A stretch of DNA of 64,000 nt, taken from contig CM119265.1 in assembly GCA_051294375.1 (NCBI GenBank), positions 3,747,494 to 3,811,493 of the forward strand, given 5' to 3'. Shown one piece after another: positions 29,562 to 42,742 of this stretch. Made by a program: the position numbers and the translations under genes. Below the pieces are notes generated by a model that had not been told where the DNA came from, made no database searches, and was given only the letters and a program-made list of their open reading frames with translations. The DNA comes from Paraspadella gotoi (Eukaryota > Animalia > Chaetognatha). Every line of letters begins with the position of its first letter. Within the stretch, counting starts at the first letter, position 1.

Positions 29562-30259
29562 CCGCCACTCTTGACGCCCCCAGACGAGTTCCGTCTCCCG
29601 CTTTCGCCCTTAATCCGACTCCACGCCTTCTTTACTATTCTCTCTCTCTCTCTCTTTCCCTCAGAGCGTCACTTTGCGTTCACTTCGGCCACCGTTACGC
29701 CCACTGCATCGTTCACCAAATCGTTCACACGCCCTCGGCATCATTCTATCGCCGGAGTCGTAGTAGTAGTAGTAGTAGTACTAGTAGTAGTCGTATTGTT
29801 CATTTGCTTGAAACATCGTTAACTGACATAGCGTTTAATCCATTTACTATTCTCACTAATCCTCAGCTGGTTCACAAACCACATGAAAATGAGATGGAAA
29901 GCTACAAATGGTATAAAAAGGATTAGCCACCTATCGGTTAAACAAAATAAGAGGCCGACGATAACCATTAAGAACAGTTAATGGTTATTGAAACACATCA
30001 GCTTCGAGAAACCGGTTCTGTTTTACACTCAACTTTAACAAAATTGGAAAAAGAAAACTCATTGTTCTTTTTTTTTTAAAAGTAAACAATGCCCTCACCG
30101 ACTCACCGTCTGTGATGGAAAAAAAAAACTCACCCGCGTCTCGTGCGAGTGAGTGAGAATGGTGAGACTCAACACTGTGAACAGGGTAATTATCCGGGAA
30201 AATGGCCTCTTCTTCTTCTTTCCCTTTCTTTCTTNNNNNNNNNNNNNNNNNNNNNNNNN

Positions 30260-31263
30260 GTACAAAATTTTCCATTCATTCATTCATTCATTCATTCATT
30301 CATTCATTCATTTCCCCTAACTCACCCGGGGGCATCGTAGCCTGGATGACCTGTCCTTTTTCAGCCACGTGCACTTTGATGTTCTGACAGTCGTAGCAAC
30401 AAGCGTTACCGCGAGCGGTTGGAACAACTCGAAGGAGGTCGGCTGCTTCGCAGAGAGCATGTAGGGTCGACGAGGCCCATCGCGTTTAGGTTGTGGCAGG
30501 GGTTGACGAAGGAGGCCTGGGGTTGTGTGGAGATGTGGTCTGGAAGCGCCGATGGTTGTGGAGTAAATGACTCGAAAATGAGGTGACCTTGAGTAAATGG
30601 AAGGGCCGACACTCGGGAGGATATGGTCGGGATTGTAATCCATGTCGGACTGGAGGATTCGGATGCCAGTCTCTATAGGGGGGGGGCGGGGGGAGGAATC
30701 AATAGAGATGGATGAAGAGGATTGACTACTGCATTGATGTTGCACACAATAGATCCTCAAATGAATTAAATAAAACGATCAAACCTTTTTTGTAAAAGTG
30801 GTTGAGATAAAAAAGTCGTACAATCGATTTTTAGGTATTGGAAAAGCCAAAGGGAATAGAATTTGCTAATTGTAACAATATAAGAGAAAGAGAGAAACTT
30901 TACTAAAAAAGAATATCAAGAATATCAAAACCGTCGTTTGCACAGAAAAGAAAAATAATTTCATCGAGGTATTAAAATTTCTGAAGAATTTCTATGAGCG
31001 ATTATATACACCGGCGATCAACACCCCCTAGCACCCCGGCGCTCAACACCCCCTAGCACCCCGGCGCTCAACACCCCCTTGCCCACCGAGGACTCTGACC
31101 TATCGATCCCGAGTTGGGATTCGGCGGACAAATCTTCCCTTCGCGTGACGATGGGTTGGCATCGTCTCGTCTCGGGTCACAACCGAATCGCTCCACGTAG
31201 GTGGTCAAGTAGTATTGGCGAATGTCGTCCGCTGAATGGAGGGAGAAGGGGGGAATCATTGCG

Positions 31264-31319
<56 letters not shown>

Positions 31320-32429
31320 CTCCTCTCTCTCTTTCTCTTACTTCTTTCCTCCCTCCCTCCTCCCTCCACTCACGTCGGTTCTCTCTCTTCACTCTCTCCA
31401 TCTCTTCCTGTTATGCTCCGCCAGTCCCAGTCGCAGTTGATTCTCCTACAGCCTTCGGTGCAACAGAAAGGACATCTACCGTCGGTTCTGTTTTCGCATT
31501 CGATGTTGAATCCTTTTTCGAGTCGCGACATTTGCGACCATGTAAGCGCACCTTTAGAGATAGGATTGGGTGAGTCAGTTAATTGTGTAAGTCTATATAG
31601 GTCCTTTCCTTGGATCAAGTTGTCAGTTTTGCAATACGTTCGTATATATTTATAGTCCATGTTCGTTTCTCTCGTTCGTTCTCTTTGTTTGGTTCGTTCT
31701 TTCGTTCGTCCGTCCGTCCGGCCATGCGTTGGCTTCATTCGTTTCTCTTCTTCATTATTTAATTCTATTGTCATTCACTCCGTCCGTCCGTCCGTCCGTT
31801 CCGTCCGTCCGTCCGCCGTCCGTCCGTCCGTCCTCCGTCCGTCCGTCCGTCCGTCCGTCCGTCCGTCCGTCGCGCCGTCGTCCGTCCGTCCGTCCGTCGT
31901 CCGTCCGTCCGTCCGTCCGTCCGTCCGTCCGTCCGTCCGTCCGTCCGTCCGTCCGTCCGTCCGTCCGTCCGTCCGTCCGTCCGTCCTGTCCCTCCGTCCG
32001 TCCGTCCGTCCGTCCGTCCGTCCGTCCGTCCGTCCGTCCGTCCGTCCGTCCGCCGTCCGTCCGTCCGTCCTCCGTCCGTCCGTACGTCCGTCCGTCCGTC
32101 CGTCCGTCCGTCCGTCCGTTCGTTCACCTGAGCCTCCGTAGGTTTCCATATTCTCGATGATTCCCGATTTGCGCCAAATATTTTCGTCTTTCTGATATTC
32201 GCCGCTCATGATCACAGATTGAACTGTGGTCTTATTTATTAACTTTACTATATATTAGCCTATCGACAATTAATTATGTCTCCGATAGTTTGGGTCTCAA
32301 CAAAAAAATAATAATGCTGCTAAATTAATTTGACATACATACAATAACGAAAAAAACCTTCGCTGGTCTTAAAAATATTATCGGCTATTATGACTTTTTA
32401 CAGTTGATACTAACGAATTCGTCGTGAAG

Positions 32430-32483
<54 letters not shown>

Positions 32484-32985
32484 CTCATCATTAACTGACA
32501 TCTACAGCCGGAGCCAATGTTGCTTCGCTCCAGAAACGTGGTAATTGACCCACAAACTGACCAATGCGCCGCGACCTGACCTGACCTGATCCCGACCAAC
32601 TTTGACTCACCTTAACTTACTTTAGGGATCTTAAATTGTTCGCTGGTGAGGTTCTTGACGGCGGTTGACCATTTTCGAGGGTAAAGTTAGAGACAATAGA
32701 AGAAACCTACAAACAGACAAATAAGACTCGTCTCTATCTATTATCATTTTCATAAAAAATGTCATTATCATTTCTTTAGTTAAGGAATTATCGAATGAAG
32801 AAAGACAAAGAGTGAAAAAACGACAAAGGGAAGAGAGAGATAGAGAGAGAAAGAGAATCTCTCACTCTCTCTCCTGGGTTTATGTCTCTTCAAAAGAACT
32901 ATTTAATGCCTAATGGTCCGGTCAAGCGCCGGCAATAAAGACGGTTTCAAAAGGAATGGAGCAAAGGTCAGATCTCGACCAAGAT

Positions 32986-33062
<77 letters not shown>

Positions 33063-33740
33063 CCGGCACTCTTGACGCCCCCAGACGAGTTCCGTCTCCC
33101 GCTTTCGCCCTATCCGACTCCACGTCTTCTACTATTTCTGTCTCTCTCTCTCTCTCTCTCCCTCTCTCTCTTTCCCTCAGAGCGTCACTTTGCGTTCACT
33201 TGGCCACGTTACGCCCCACTGCATCGTTCACCAAATCGTTCACACGCCTCGGCATCATTCTATCGCCGGAGTCGTAGTAGTAGTAGTAGTAGTACTAGTA
33301 GTAGTCGTATTGGTTCATTTGCTATGAAACATCGTTTACTGACATAGCGTTTAATCCATTTACTATTTCACTAATCCTCAGCTGGTCACAACCACATGAA
33401 AATGAGATGGAAAGCTAAAATGGTATAAAAAGGATTAGCCACCTATGGTTAACAAAAATAAGAGGCCGACGATAACCATTAAGAACAGTTAATGGTTATT
33501 GAAACACATCAGCTTCGAGGAAACCGGTTTTGTTTATACACTTCAACTTTAACAAAATTGGAAAAAGAAAACTCATTGTTCTTTTTTTTTTTAAAAGTAA
33601 ACAATCCCTCCCGACTCACCGTCTGTGATGGAAAAAAAAAAAAAACTCACCGCGTCTCGTGCGAGTGAGTGAGAATGGTGAGACTACACTGTGAACAGGG
33701 TAATTATCCGGGAAAATGGCCTCTTCTTCTTCTTTCCCTT
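30260..33740 (+). repeat. Tandem direct duplicate of 26975-30234, containing exons 1-7 of the nine-exon gene with indels
   Basis: Near-identical sequence restarts with GTACAAAATTTTCCATTCATTC immediately after the 25-N gap at 30235-30259. Confidence 0.9.
31778..32125. repeat. (TCCG)n tetranucleotide microsatellite
   Basis: About 85 units with interruptions, in the duplicated intron. Confidence 0.95.
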
Positions 33741-33779
33741 TCTTTCTTTCTTTCTTTCTTCTTTCCTTTCTTTCTTTCT

Positions 33780-33831
<52 letters not shown>

Positions 33832-33928
33832 TATCAATTTTGTTTTCCTTTTTTTATGTTTTTTCATTTTTTTAAATAAAAAAAAAAAACAACAGAAAGG
33901 AGACGAGGCTCTTTCTCCTCTCTCATCT

Positions 33929-34003
<75 letters not shown>

Positions 34004-34123
34004 GCAAGTCATGAAAATTTTCAGACTTTCATCCCTCTCTATCTCCCTCATTCTCTCACCCTCTCTCTCTCTCTGCCCCACCCTGCAGTCCCAAAAAGCC
34101 ATCAATCTCGACCCCCGACTCTC

Positions 34124-34182
<59 letters not shown>

Positions 34183-34283
34183 CGAAAGGGAAAGAAGAGA
34201 GAGTTTCTTTCATTTGTTGCATAAAATGCGATCATGACGAATTGATGATGTTGGAATGGGCTTTGGACGAGGGGCAATAATCG

Positions 34284-34325
<42 letters not shown>

Positions 34326-34917
34326 AAAAAAGAGGAGTCCAGCTATCCCTTTCTCAGTTTCTGTCTTCTTTGAGTTACAATCTCTCTCTGTCTCTCTCTC
34401 TCTTTCACTCTCTCTCTATATCCCTATCTTAATAACGAATACAATAACGAATACAATAACGAATAATGTATAGAATAAACGTAAAATATTGAGAATAGGA
34501 AATTGAGAATAGAATGAACAGTTTGGGTCAATTAAAAAAAAATTAACCCATAAAAATCCCCAGAGAGAGTCACAAAGCCAAAGCCAGATAGAGACAGAGA
34601 CATTTTTTTCACCTTCCCTTCTTTTTTCTCTCCCTCTCTCTCTCTTCCGCGGTCAGGGGTTCGGGGCCGCGAGAGCTTCATCCTCCTCGAACTCTCGTCC
34701 TCTGATTGGCTGATCGGACGAGGCTTCATTTTCGGCGTCTCTGATTGGNNNNNNNNNNNNNNNNNNNNNNNNNNNNNNNNNNNNNNNNNNNNNNNNNNNN
34801 NNNNNNNNNNNNNNNNNNNNNNNNNNNNNNNNNNNNNNNNNNNNNNNNNNNNNNNNNNNNNNNNNNNNNNNNNNNNNNNNNNNNNNNNNNNNNNNNNNNN
34901 NNNNNNNNNNNNNNNNN

Positions 34918-34952
<35 letters not shown>

Positions 34953-37900
34953 CACCGTCTCGCGTTGAGAAGAAGCAAATTGACTTTCTCGGAGTTGAAA
35001 AGGTGGAGTTCCTTTTTTTTTCTTTTCAGTTCCATCTCTATTTTCTCTATCTCTTTATTTTCTTTGTATTTAGAATAACATCGCCTAATAATTATTAAAC
35101 TTTTGTTATTCTGGATTTATTTATTATTACTCGGATTTGAGATTGTCATTTCGACAGCAGATCAACCGATGACTGTTACTTCATCCCTGAATGGTCAACT
35201 CAATGAGTCAATTCATACCTGATTGTCTCTGAACTTTGACAGAATGATTCGGAAATTGATTCGAAATAGAATTCAAGTCACATATGGACGTTTCACTCTC
35301 CGATAGAAAAACAGAAAGGGAAGCAGCAGTTTTAACTATCTTTATGTCATAATCTTATTTTCGGTTTATGAATAGATAAAACTGACGGTAAACAGATAAT
35401 ACTATCTAGGAAAAACGTATATCACATAATTCATTTATTCAATAAAAAGTATATAAAACATTGGTAAAACATTCTCGATGCCCTTCCTTAACATCGATTA
35501 CTGCCTACATTTGTCTGAGCATGTTCTAGTTTTTCTGTTTTCTACATCTTTAATGCAATTCTTTTCAGCCCCGATGTTGATGTTGAGTGTCTTTCCCCCC
35601 TTTTCTGAAAGCTATAATAGTACTTTTTTTAACTAAAAAAAGGTGCAAGGCCTTTAACATTGCTTAATTAAAAAAAATAAAAAAATAACTTTATTCAAAA
35701 TAAAAACAAATAATTAAATACCAAAAATAGTAGAAAACTAAATGATTTTTTTTGCTATTTTTTATTTGAAGTAACAATATTTTTTTGCCTGTAACTTCTA
35801 AATGATTTGTCCTACAAAAAATCATTTATTTTGCGCATGCCCAAGATTTTTGTAAAATGTAAGTGACTGACGGTGATGATAATGATTTCAAAAGAAAAGA
35901 ATGATTGTGAAGAAAATTTATTTTTACAGCTGCTCATTAAGTTTAGCTTACGGAAACTGATAAATGCTTTAAATTTAATAAGCTACTTATGATGTTGGAT
36001 GCATAGAATACTTTTACTGCTGAAACTATTTTCCAGCTGACTGTAGCCAATGTAAATGACTATCAAACCATCTGTGTCGGAGAGTGTATTAAAAATATTG
36101 TTTGAGCACTTAGCTCTAACCTAATTTATACCTTGTAGATTTCACTGGGCGAAACCATTTCGCTATCAAAAATAAGAATCAATCCAAATCACGAGATTTT
36201 AATAATCAGATTTCAATAATCAGAGCAGAACGTTAAAATGAGAGCTATCAAAAGAGAGAGCTCAAAGCTGTACACAATAATAATTTCAATGATTAGAATT
36301 CATTTCAAAATGTTACAAATATTTCATCAAGTTACCTAATGTTTCCTGGGAAATCTCCTAAAAGTTTAAAGTTTACTTGCCCTTTTAAACTTTTTTAAAA
36401 TTTAAATAAACCAATTTAAAACGACTTTCGACTTTTTAGAATACTACCAATAATTGGATCAGAAAGGCCTCGTCCAATCAGAATCAAGAACCAAATAATA
36501 ACCAATGAAATCATAGAACAGAGGACGAGTTTGAGAATTAAAGTTACTAACATTATTGGTGTTCTATATAAAACCGAATATGAATTTCGAAAATTAATAA
36601 AATATTTATAAACTATTTAACAATCTGCATATCCGAAACATTCTTTCAATTAAAACTTATAAAATACTTTTTTGTCGGATCTGCTTATCATCAGCTCCCG
36701 ACTCTATAATTCACTTAGTCAGTCCGTCGGTCCGCCCCCTCAATCTTATCGGGCATTCACTTATATAATGTCAGAACATCGAATTATGATAAATTATGCA
36801 TTGTGTACAGGAGGCTACAGGAGGAGTGCGAGGAGTCTGTATCTTCTGCACCAAAGCAGGCAAGAACAGACATTCGCCCACCTCACCGTCAGGTGAGAGG
36901 AGGGCCGTCGGCAGGCCTATCAGGCCAGAGGGATATTCGAGTGGCACTAGGCATTTTTCCTGGAGGATCCTTACCAGATCCTAAAATGTCTCACTCTACA
37001 ATCATATCCTCTCAGCCCATAACAAGCCAATGACCTGACCTTATCGCCAAAGTCCCACCTTTGCCTGGCCGGGGGGGGGGCAGCTCATTTTGAGCTCTTT
37101 TCTCAAATTAATTTCACTCACTCTTTACTTATCTATCCCTCATCACTTATGCTTCTATTTCATTTCCAACCTATAAGCTAATTTAGTTATTTATTTATTC
37201 TGTAACTATTAGTTTAACATTCAATTTTAAGTTTGCTAAATTATTTTCATTTTTCATTGTTGTACATTACCAAATGTAAAGATTTTTTTTCTCTCTCTAT
37301 CTCTCTCTCTCTCTCTCTCTCTTTACCTCAATTTAAAATTTCAACTGACTTTCTTCTTTCCTGTCCTTGCCTTCACCTGTCCTCACATCTGACCACTATC
37401 CCTTTCTCAATTCTTTGTTGGAAACTCTCCCTTACTTGTTCTAAAAAATTCGTTGAAACAAAACAAATAAATTGTTTTCCTCCCTAGATAAATTATGCAA
37501 AAAAAAAAAACGATGTCCGTCTGCCGGTCCGTCTGTCTGTGTCTGTCCGTCCGCCCCACCTTAGCAAAAAACTCCAATTGCTCGTGATTGGATGGATGGA
37601 TTGGAATGAAATTGTGTGTGGGTAGGGAAGTGTGTGATTGAGCTGGATATGAAGTTTCGATGGAATCGTGCGAGTGGTAATGGGTTTAAATGGAAAAACA
37701 AAAAAGATATATTTCACTATTTGAACGTCAATTACTCATGAGTGGATAATTAATTTATCGGTCAATTAATGACTTAATCAATTTATTTAATTATCTATTA
37801 TTTAATTATTCAATCAATCAATTTATTTATAAATTAAATAACTATTTAATCAGTCAATCAATCAATCAAGTGACGAAAAGACCTAAAAACAAATATTTTG

Positions 37901-37989
37901 TATCAAATTAATTAATTTATTAATTAAAGTCGTCAATGCTTTTGTCGTGGTTAGTGACGAAAAGACCTAAAAGCAAACATTTCAGATCA

Positions 37990-38147
37990 AATTAATTAAT
38001 TAATTGCCGAATTAATTAATTAAATTTAATTTTTTAATTAATAATTAACTAATTACCGATAATGATCGTGCTCAAATTTAATTAATTAATTATTAATTAA
38101 TTAATTAATTATTAATTAATTAATTAATTAATTAATTAATTAATTAG
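37990..38147. repeat. (TAAT/ATTA)n self-complementary AT tract
   Basis: ATTAATTAATT runs. Confidence 0.85.
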
Positions 38148-38934
38148 TGAAAAAATGATGCGAGTTAAAAAAAATGATGCGAGGAGAAAAAAACTGATGC
38201 AAGTTGGAAAAAAATTATGCAAGTTGAAAAAATAATAATAATTGTGAAGTCGTTTCTACTTCACGCCCGCAAATTCGCGAGTTCAAAACGTCGCCCGTTC
38301 CGTGTGGTTCGATGTGGGATCTTCGTAGTTAAAAATCTGAATATTTATCTGAATGTCGAGACAGATTTTGAAGGAAAAGACGAGATATTATTGCATAGTT
38401 ATTTTCACATACAAAGAGTCCCCGTAAAACTGTTATTTGGGACGGCACAACGTGTTTCTTAGTGAGCAAATCTAATAACTAAAGAAATGTCTCTATTTTC
38501 TCTCTCTCAACGACGACGGCCAAACAAAAGACCAGTAAAAATGCTCAACAGTCAGATAAAAGACCGGTCAAATACAACTCAGAGCAAAAACGTTTGATAG
38601 AGAGGGAAAATAGAATTGTGAGGTATAACATTTAACAATAATTGAAAAAAATTGTTTGTACTTTTTTTGTAATTATTTCTACTATAGTATTTATTTATTT
38701 ATTATTTATCTATTTATTTAGCTCTTTACCGCTTAATTATCGTGGGCAGATCCGACATTGTTTGTTCAAACTTGTTAAACCATTAAATAATGGCTCTGAA
38801 TACAGTTGTAAATCACATTGAATCAAAATATCAATAGTTAAAGGATATAAGTAATATGAAGTTAATGCTGGGGTGTTTTCTTTTACTGAAATACGATTTC
38901 ATGTGAGACCGTCGGAACTCATTTCTTTATCAAT

Positions 38935-41623
38935 TTAAACTGAACTTTCTTTTTCGGAAAACAACCAGGAAATAGAGCAGAGTGATAAGAGACTGCCCGC
39001 GTCAGAGCTTTCTTCCAACGAAAGAATTTCATTGTTCGATGCTTCCCCCTTATGTATGTCATCTTCCTCCTTCATTGTCCCCACTTCCAATCTCGTCCCG
39101 CTGCTCGAAACAAAGTTTTTAGGGTGACGAAGAACTTCACGCGCCTCCAAAACCCAACCGCTTTTTTCAATTCGTTCATTGAGGTGGTTAATTGTGGATT
39201 TCAATCGTTTCAATTCTTCCCGAGCATCGTAATCTTCGGGGGCATGCATCAACTTCTTTTGAATCCTTTTCAGCTTTCGCTCTTCCCGTAGTTTAAGTTG
39301 CTTCATTCTTTTTAATTCTACGCTGAAAGCCCTGAACTCATCCTCTGTTTTTGCCAGTACCCCAAAAATTTCGTTGAGACTGGATTCAAAGACTTCAACT
39401 ATCGCGTCCTCTGTGACAAAAGTCGTAGAAGCTCCTTCTTCGTGCACATCGAGGTACAGAGTGGTCAAGTTTGAGATCTCCTGCTTTTTCATTTCCATCT
39501 GCTCTTCGTAAGACTTAACACAGTTCTCGGGAAAGTTTTGAGCAAAGCATAAGTGTGCCATGTTTTTTCTCGCGAACCAGTACAGGTGCAGCAAGAACAA
39601 TGGGGTTTTTTGTAAAATTCCATTCAACAATTCCTTGGTTGTAGGTAAATGACCAAAATGTTCTATTAGTTGTTTCTCGTTTTTATTCCTGTGTAACAGC
39701 AGGTTTCGACAGTAGCGAAAATAGGAATCTAAAGAACAGGAGTACTTGGTGTTTTTGTAAATGGATTTAATGGCGTAGAATTTCCATTTTTTATCCAGCA
39801 GCATGTAGTAGGAGGCATTAAACTCATTAATTAAGGCTTCGGAAATCTTGGATAATTGGTCATTGAATGTATTTATGGCCGAGACAAGAGCATCAGTCTC
39901 TAAAAAGAATGGGTGTCTTTCCGCTTCTCGCATTGTTATCCTGTCCTTGGGGTTAAACTGCGTCATTGTCCGGAGGAGGTTTCTTGCCAACTCTGGAACC
40001 TCTAACTTCATGCATCGATTTTTCTTTTTCTTTTGGACATTGTTGAGACAATCGCTAAGCCCTGAAATATCCAGTAACTCACAAGCAACCAAGGCTGAGG
40101 AATATACATCTGCCATGACATAATCAACAGCATCTTTTTGTGATCCCGGCGTTCTTAATTTGATCAACTCCGGAGCCATGTACGCTTCCGTTGCCGCCCA
40201 GCTTGAAAAGTTAGAAAATTCATCTTGAACCATTTCTTTGGCAGAATCAAAGTCAGACAATTTTACAGCATAGGTTCCTTCCCTTGCCTGCAGGATACAA
40301 AAAAGAATATCATGTAAAAATTTAAATCTAGATTTAATATTCATAGATATTCGAAAATATATATTGAAATTTTGCAGGTAGGGTATTAATGATTATTTTT
40401 GTTTCAATTTTACCGTTGTTTTTAAAACAATAAAAAACCTTGTAAATAAAGGTACGTTGTTTATTAAAAAATTAAAAAGTGATGGAAAATATAAATATGC
40501 TTATAAACATGTCTTAAAATACATTTTTATATCAATAATGCTTTTACTAATCTTGTAATAAAATTTCAAGCAAAAACTATTTTTAATGATATCAATTTAT
40601 AATGACGAAAAACCCATCAAATTTTTTAAAGTAGCATTCTGCAACTAGTGCTCGGTACTTTCCTGCTTTTTTAAAAGCACATTGCTTGGTTTGATGTCTC
40701 GGTGAGCAACAATATTATGACATTCATCAACATTGGAATGGATGTAAGATACACCCTTAAAGAACTTCCTTGTCAACTCCTTGGTCGTAATGTTGTCCAG
40801 AACGTCATTCTTTACGTTTTTTGCTCAGAGTCTCAGGTCTCGTGATGTCGCGTAATGTCCCATCCGCCTTCTCAATGACCAAGATGAAGTCATTTCCTTT
40901 TGAAAAACTGGCATAAATTTTAATGATGGCTTCGTGTCTTCAAGGGATTTATGAATCTGAGCACATTTTAGGAGACGAGCAACTGCAGATTTGTCCGCGC
41001 ATCTAGTCACCTATAAAAAATTATTTATTGTAATATCTTTAGATAAAATACATTTTCAAAATTATTTTCATAAAATTCCTCGTAAATAGGGAGACAAAAA
41101 GAGTTAAGCTTTGAGCGAGGCTCAATATGTTAGCATTATTTATGTCATTATTAACATTTAGTGTTTAAAAATGAGATCTTTAAAATGGCTCATCATTCAT
41201 AAATCTTTGAAGCACATGATTGTTTAGTTATTGCTGTCACAAATGTTACAAAAATAATTCTGTAGAGAATTTTAGTCTGATATTGTACAATTGATTTTAT
41301 TAATTATCTATCATGCTTCCTTAATTTTTACTGATTAAACCTTCCATCAGACAAATAAACTAATAACAGTTATTTTTTTTGGATACATAAGAGAGAAAGA
41401 ATCCAGTTAATATCATATTTCCTGATATAAATATACTCTCCTAGTTTACACAATCATACATCACCTTTGTAACGACGTTTGTTCGACATCCACAGTTGTC
41501 CAAGGTCGCTGGATGCACAGAAACGTTGCCAAAACCCACACGGTACTTGTCGATTCTGGCACGAAGTGATTTGTCTATTTTAAGGCCGCTGAGCTCCTGT
41601 TTCCTCTTGCAGCAGCTGAACAT
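38935..41623 (-). CDS. Kinase-KEN (IRE1/RNase L-like) gene A. Three exons: 41623-41465, 41010-40663, 40287-38935. About 620 aa if exon 2 is corrected. Exon 2 is disrupted as assembled (possible pseudogene or sequencing error).
   Basis: ATG at 41623 (MFSCCKRKQ). Kinase motifs: GFGNVSV, VVTK, HRDIKPSNVLL, VKLSDFD, YMAPE, DVYSSAL, HPFF. These are followed by a KEN-like segment W..KYSCSLDSYFRYCRNLLLH..FGHLP..PLFLLHLY and a charged coiled-coil. Splice sites AAG|GTGATG, ttttttatag|GTG and tcctgcag|GCA are canonical. Two compensating frameshifts (~40940, ~40820) and a CAG|GAAAGT donor occur in exon 2. Confidence 0.85.
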
Positions 41624-42129
41624 TGCGCTTGAAGGGACGGGATATGGTAACAATAATTGACACAATCGAGGAAGGACAACATAGAATAAAAAAAAGTATG
41701 CAAAAACAATTTTTGACTTCAAAATTTAATTTAGAAAGGCTCGTGCTGGTTTTCCCGTTAATTCCTAAAACTGGTCTTTACGATGGAGATTTACTAAATA
41801 AACCTAGTAAACCGCGGAAATATAGATGTGGAGTTTTTAAGAGGATTTAAAACAAGAAAAAAAAATTGAAAAGCTTTCAAAAAAGTAATATTTTTTTTAG
41901 GCATTTGAATAAGTTAATTTTTTTTTCTCGAAAAATAGTCTCTTTTAAGCTGCTTCTCTGCTTTGCTGGAACTGCTCACAAGGACGGAACAGGTTGAAAA
42001 CTAGAAGTTCTCTCGAATAGATAATGGTAAAGTGACTGTTAGAGAATATGAAAATGAAAATAATTTTAAGATTTATCTAAAGAAGCATTTAAAAAATATT
42101 TCATTACTATATAAAATAATAAATTTAGT

Positions 42130-42370
42130 AATTTTTTTAATAGATTCTGAGGAGCTTTAAACGTTAGATAATAGTAATTATTACAACTTTTTAAAATTGT
42201 TTTGTTTTATTGATAACAATTTTTAAAAAAACTATAAAATTCAGCCAATGATGATGAAGATGATTTTTTAAGGTTTTTTATATTTTTAACCAATTTTTTG
42301 TAAAAGTTTTAAAAAATTATAGTATAAATTATAAGAATCCGTTCTAAAAAAAAATTAAAAAATATGTCAT
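42130..42370 (+). repeat. Dispersed AT-rich repeat; second copy at ~61390-61640
   Basis: Shared blocks GATTCTGA..GAGC.T.AAA.GTTA.A.AA, AAAAT...GATGATGA.GATGA.TTTT.A.GTTTTTTATATTTTT.AC and GTAAAA..TTTAAAAAA. Confidence 0.6.
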
Positions 42371-42742
42371 TTGTTATATATTAATATTTAAAAGCTTCAG
42401 CGTAACAACGCAATGAACTAATTCAAAATGTTGCATTGAAAAACGATTTAGTAGTAGAAGGTAAAAAAGAATTTTTTTGAGATGTTATAAAAAGTGTGCA
42501 ATTTTGGCCCTCCTTACTGCTCAAGTCTACTGAAAATTTAATGACCAAAAAAAGGCCGCCGTAATTGGGTTTTTTTTAACCGGTTAATGACTCAAAATTT
42601 GGCACTGGTTATCTATAAGAAAAAAATTAAAATAAAACAAAAAGAGACACAATTTTTTTTTATTTCTGTCCTTTTGAATAAACTTAAAAATCATGGGTTA
42701 TTTCATACAAAACAAAATTATTTTATTTGAAGCAACAAACTT

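Noticed and set aside
36811-36892. Possible small exon (tacag|GAG...CAG|GTGAGA)
   Set aside because: Splice-like ends, but no recognisable peptide or partner exons.
40288-40344. N-terminal 19 aa of the 469-aa ORF (MNIKSRF...ILQ)
   Set aside because: Intronic polypyrimidine tract before the tcctgcag acceptor.
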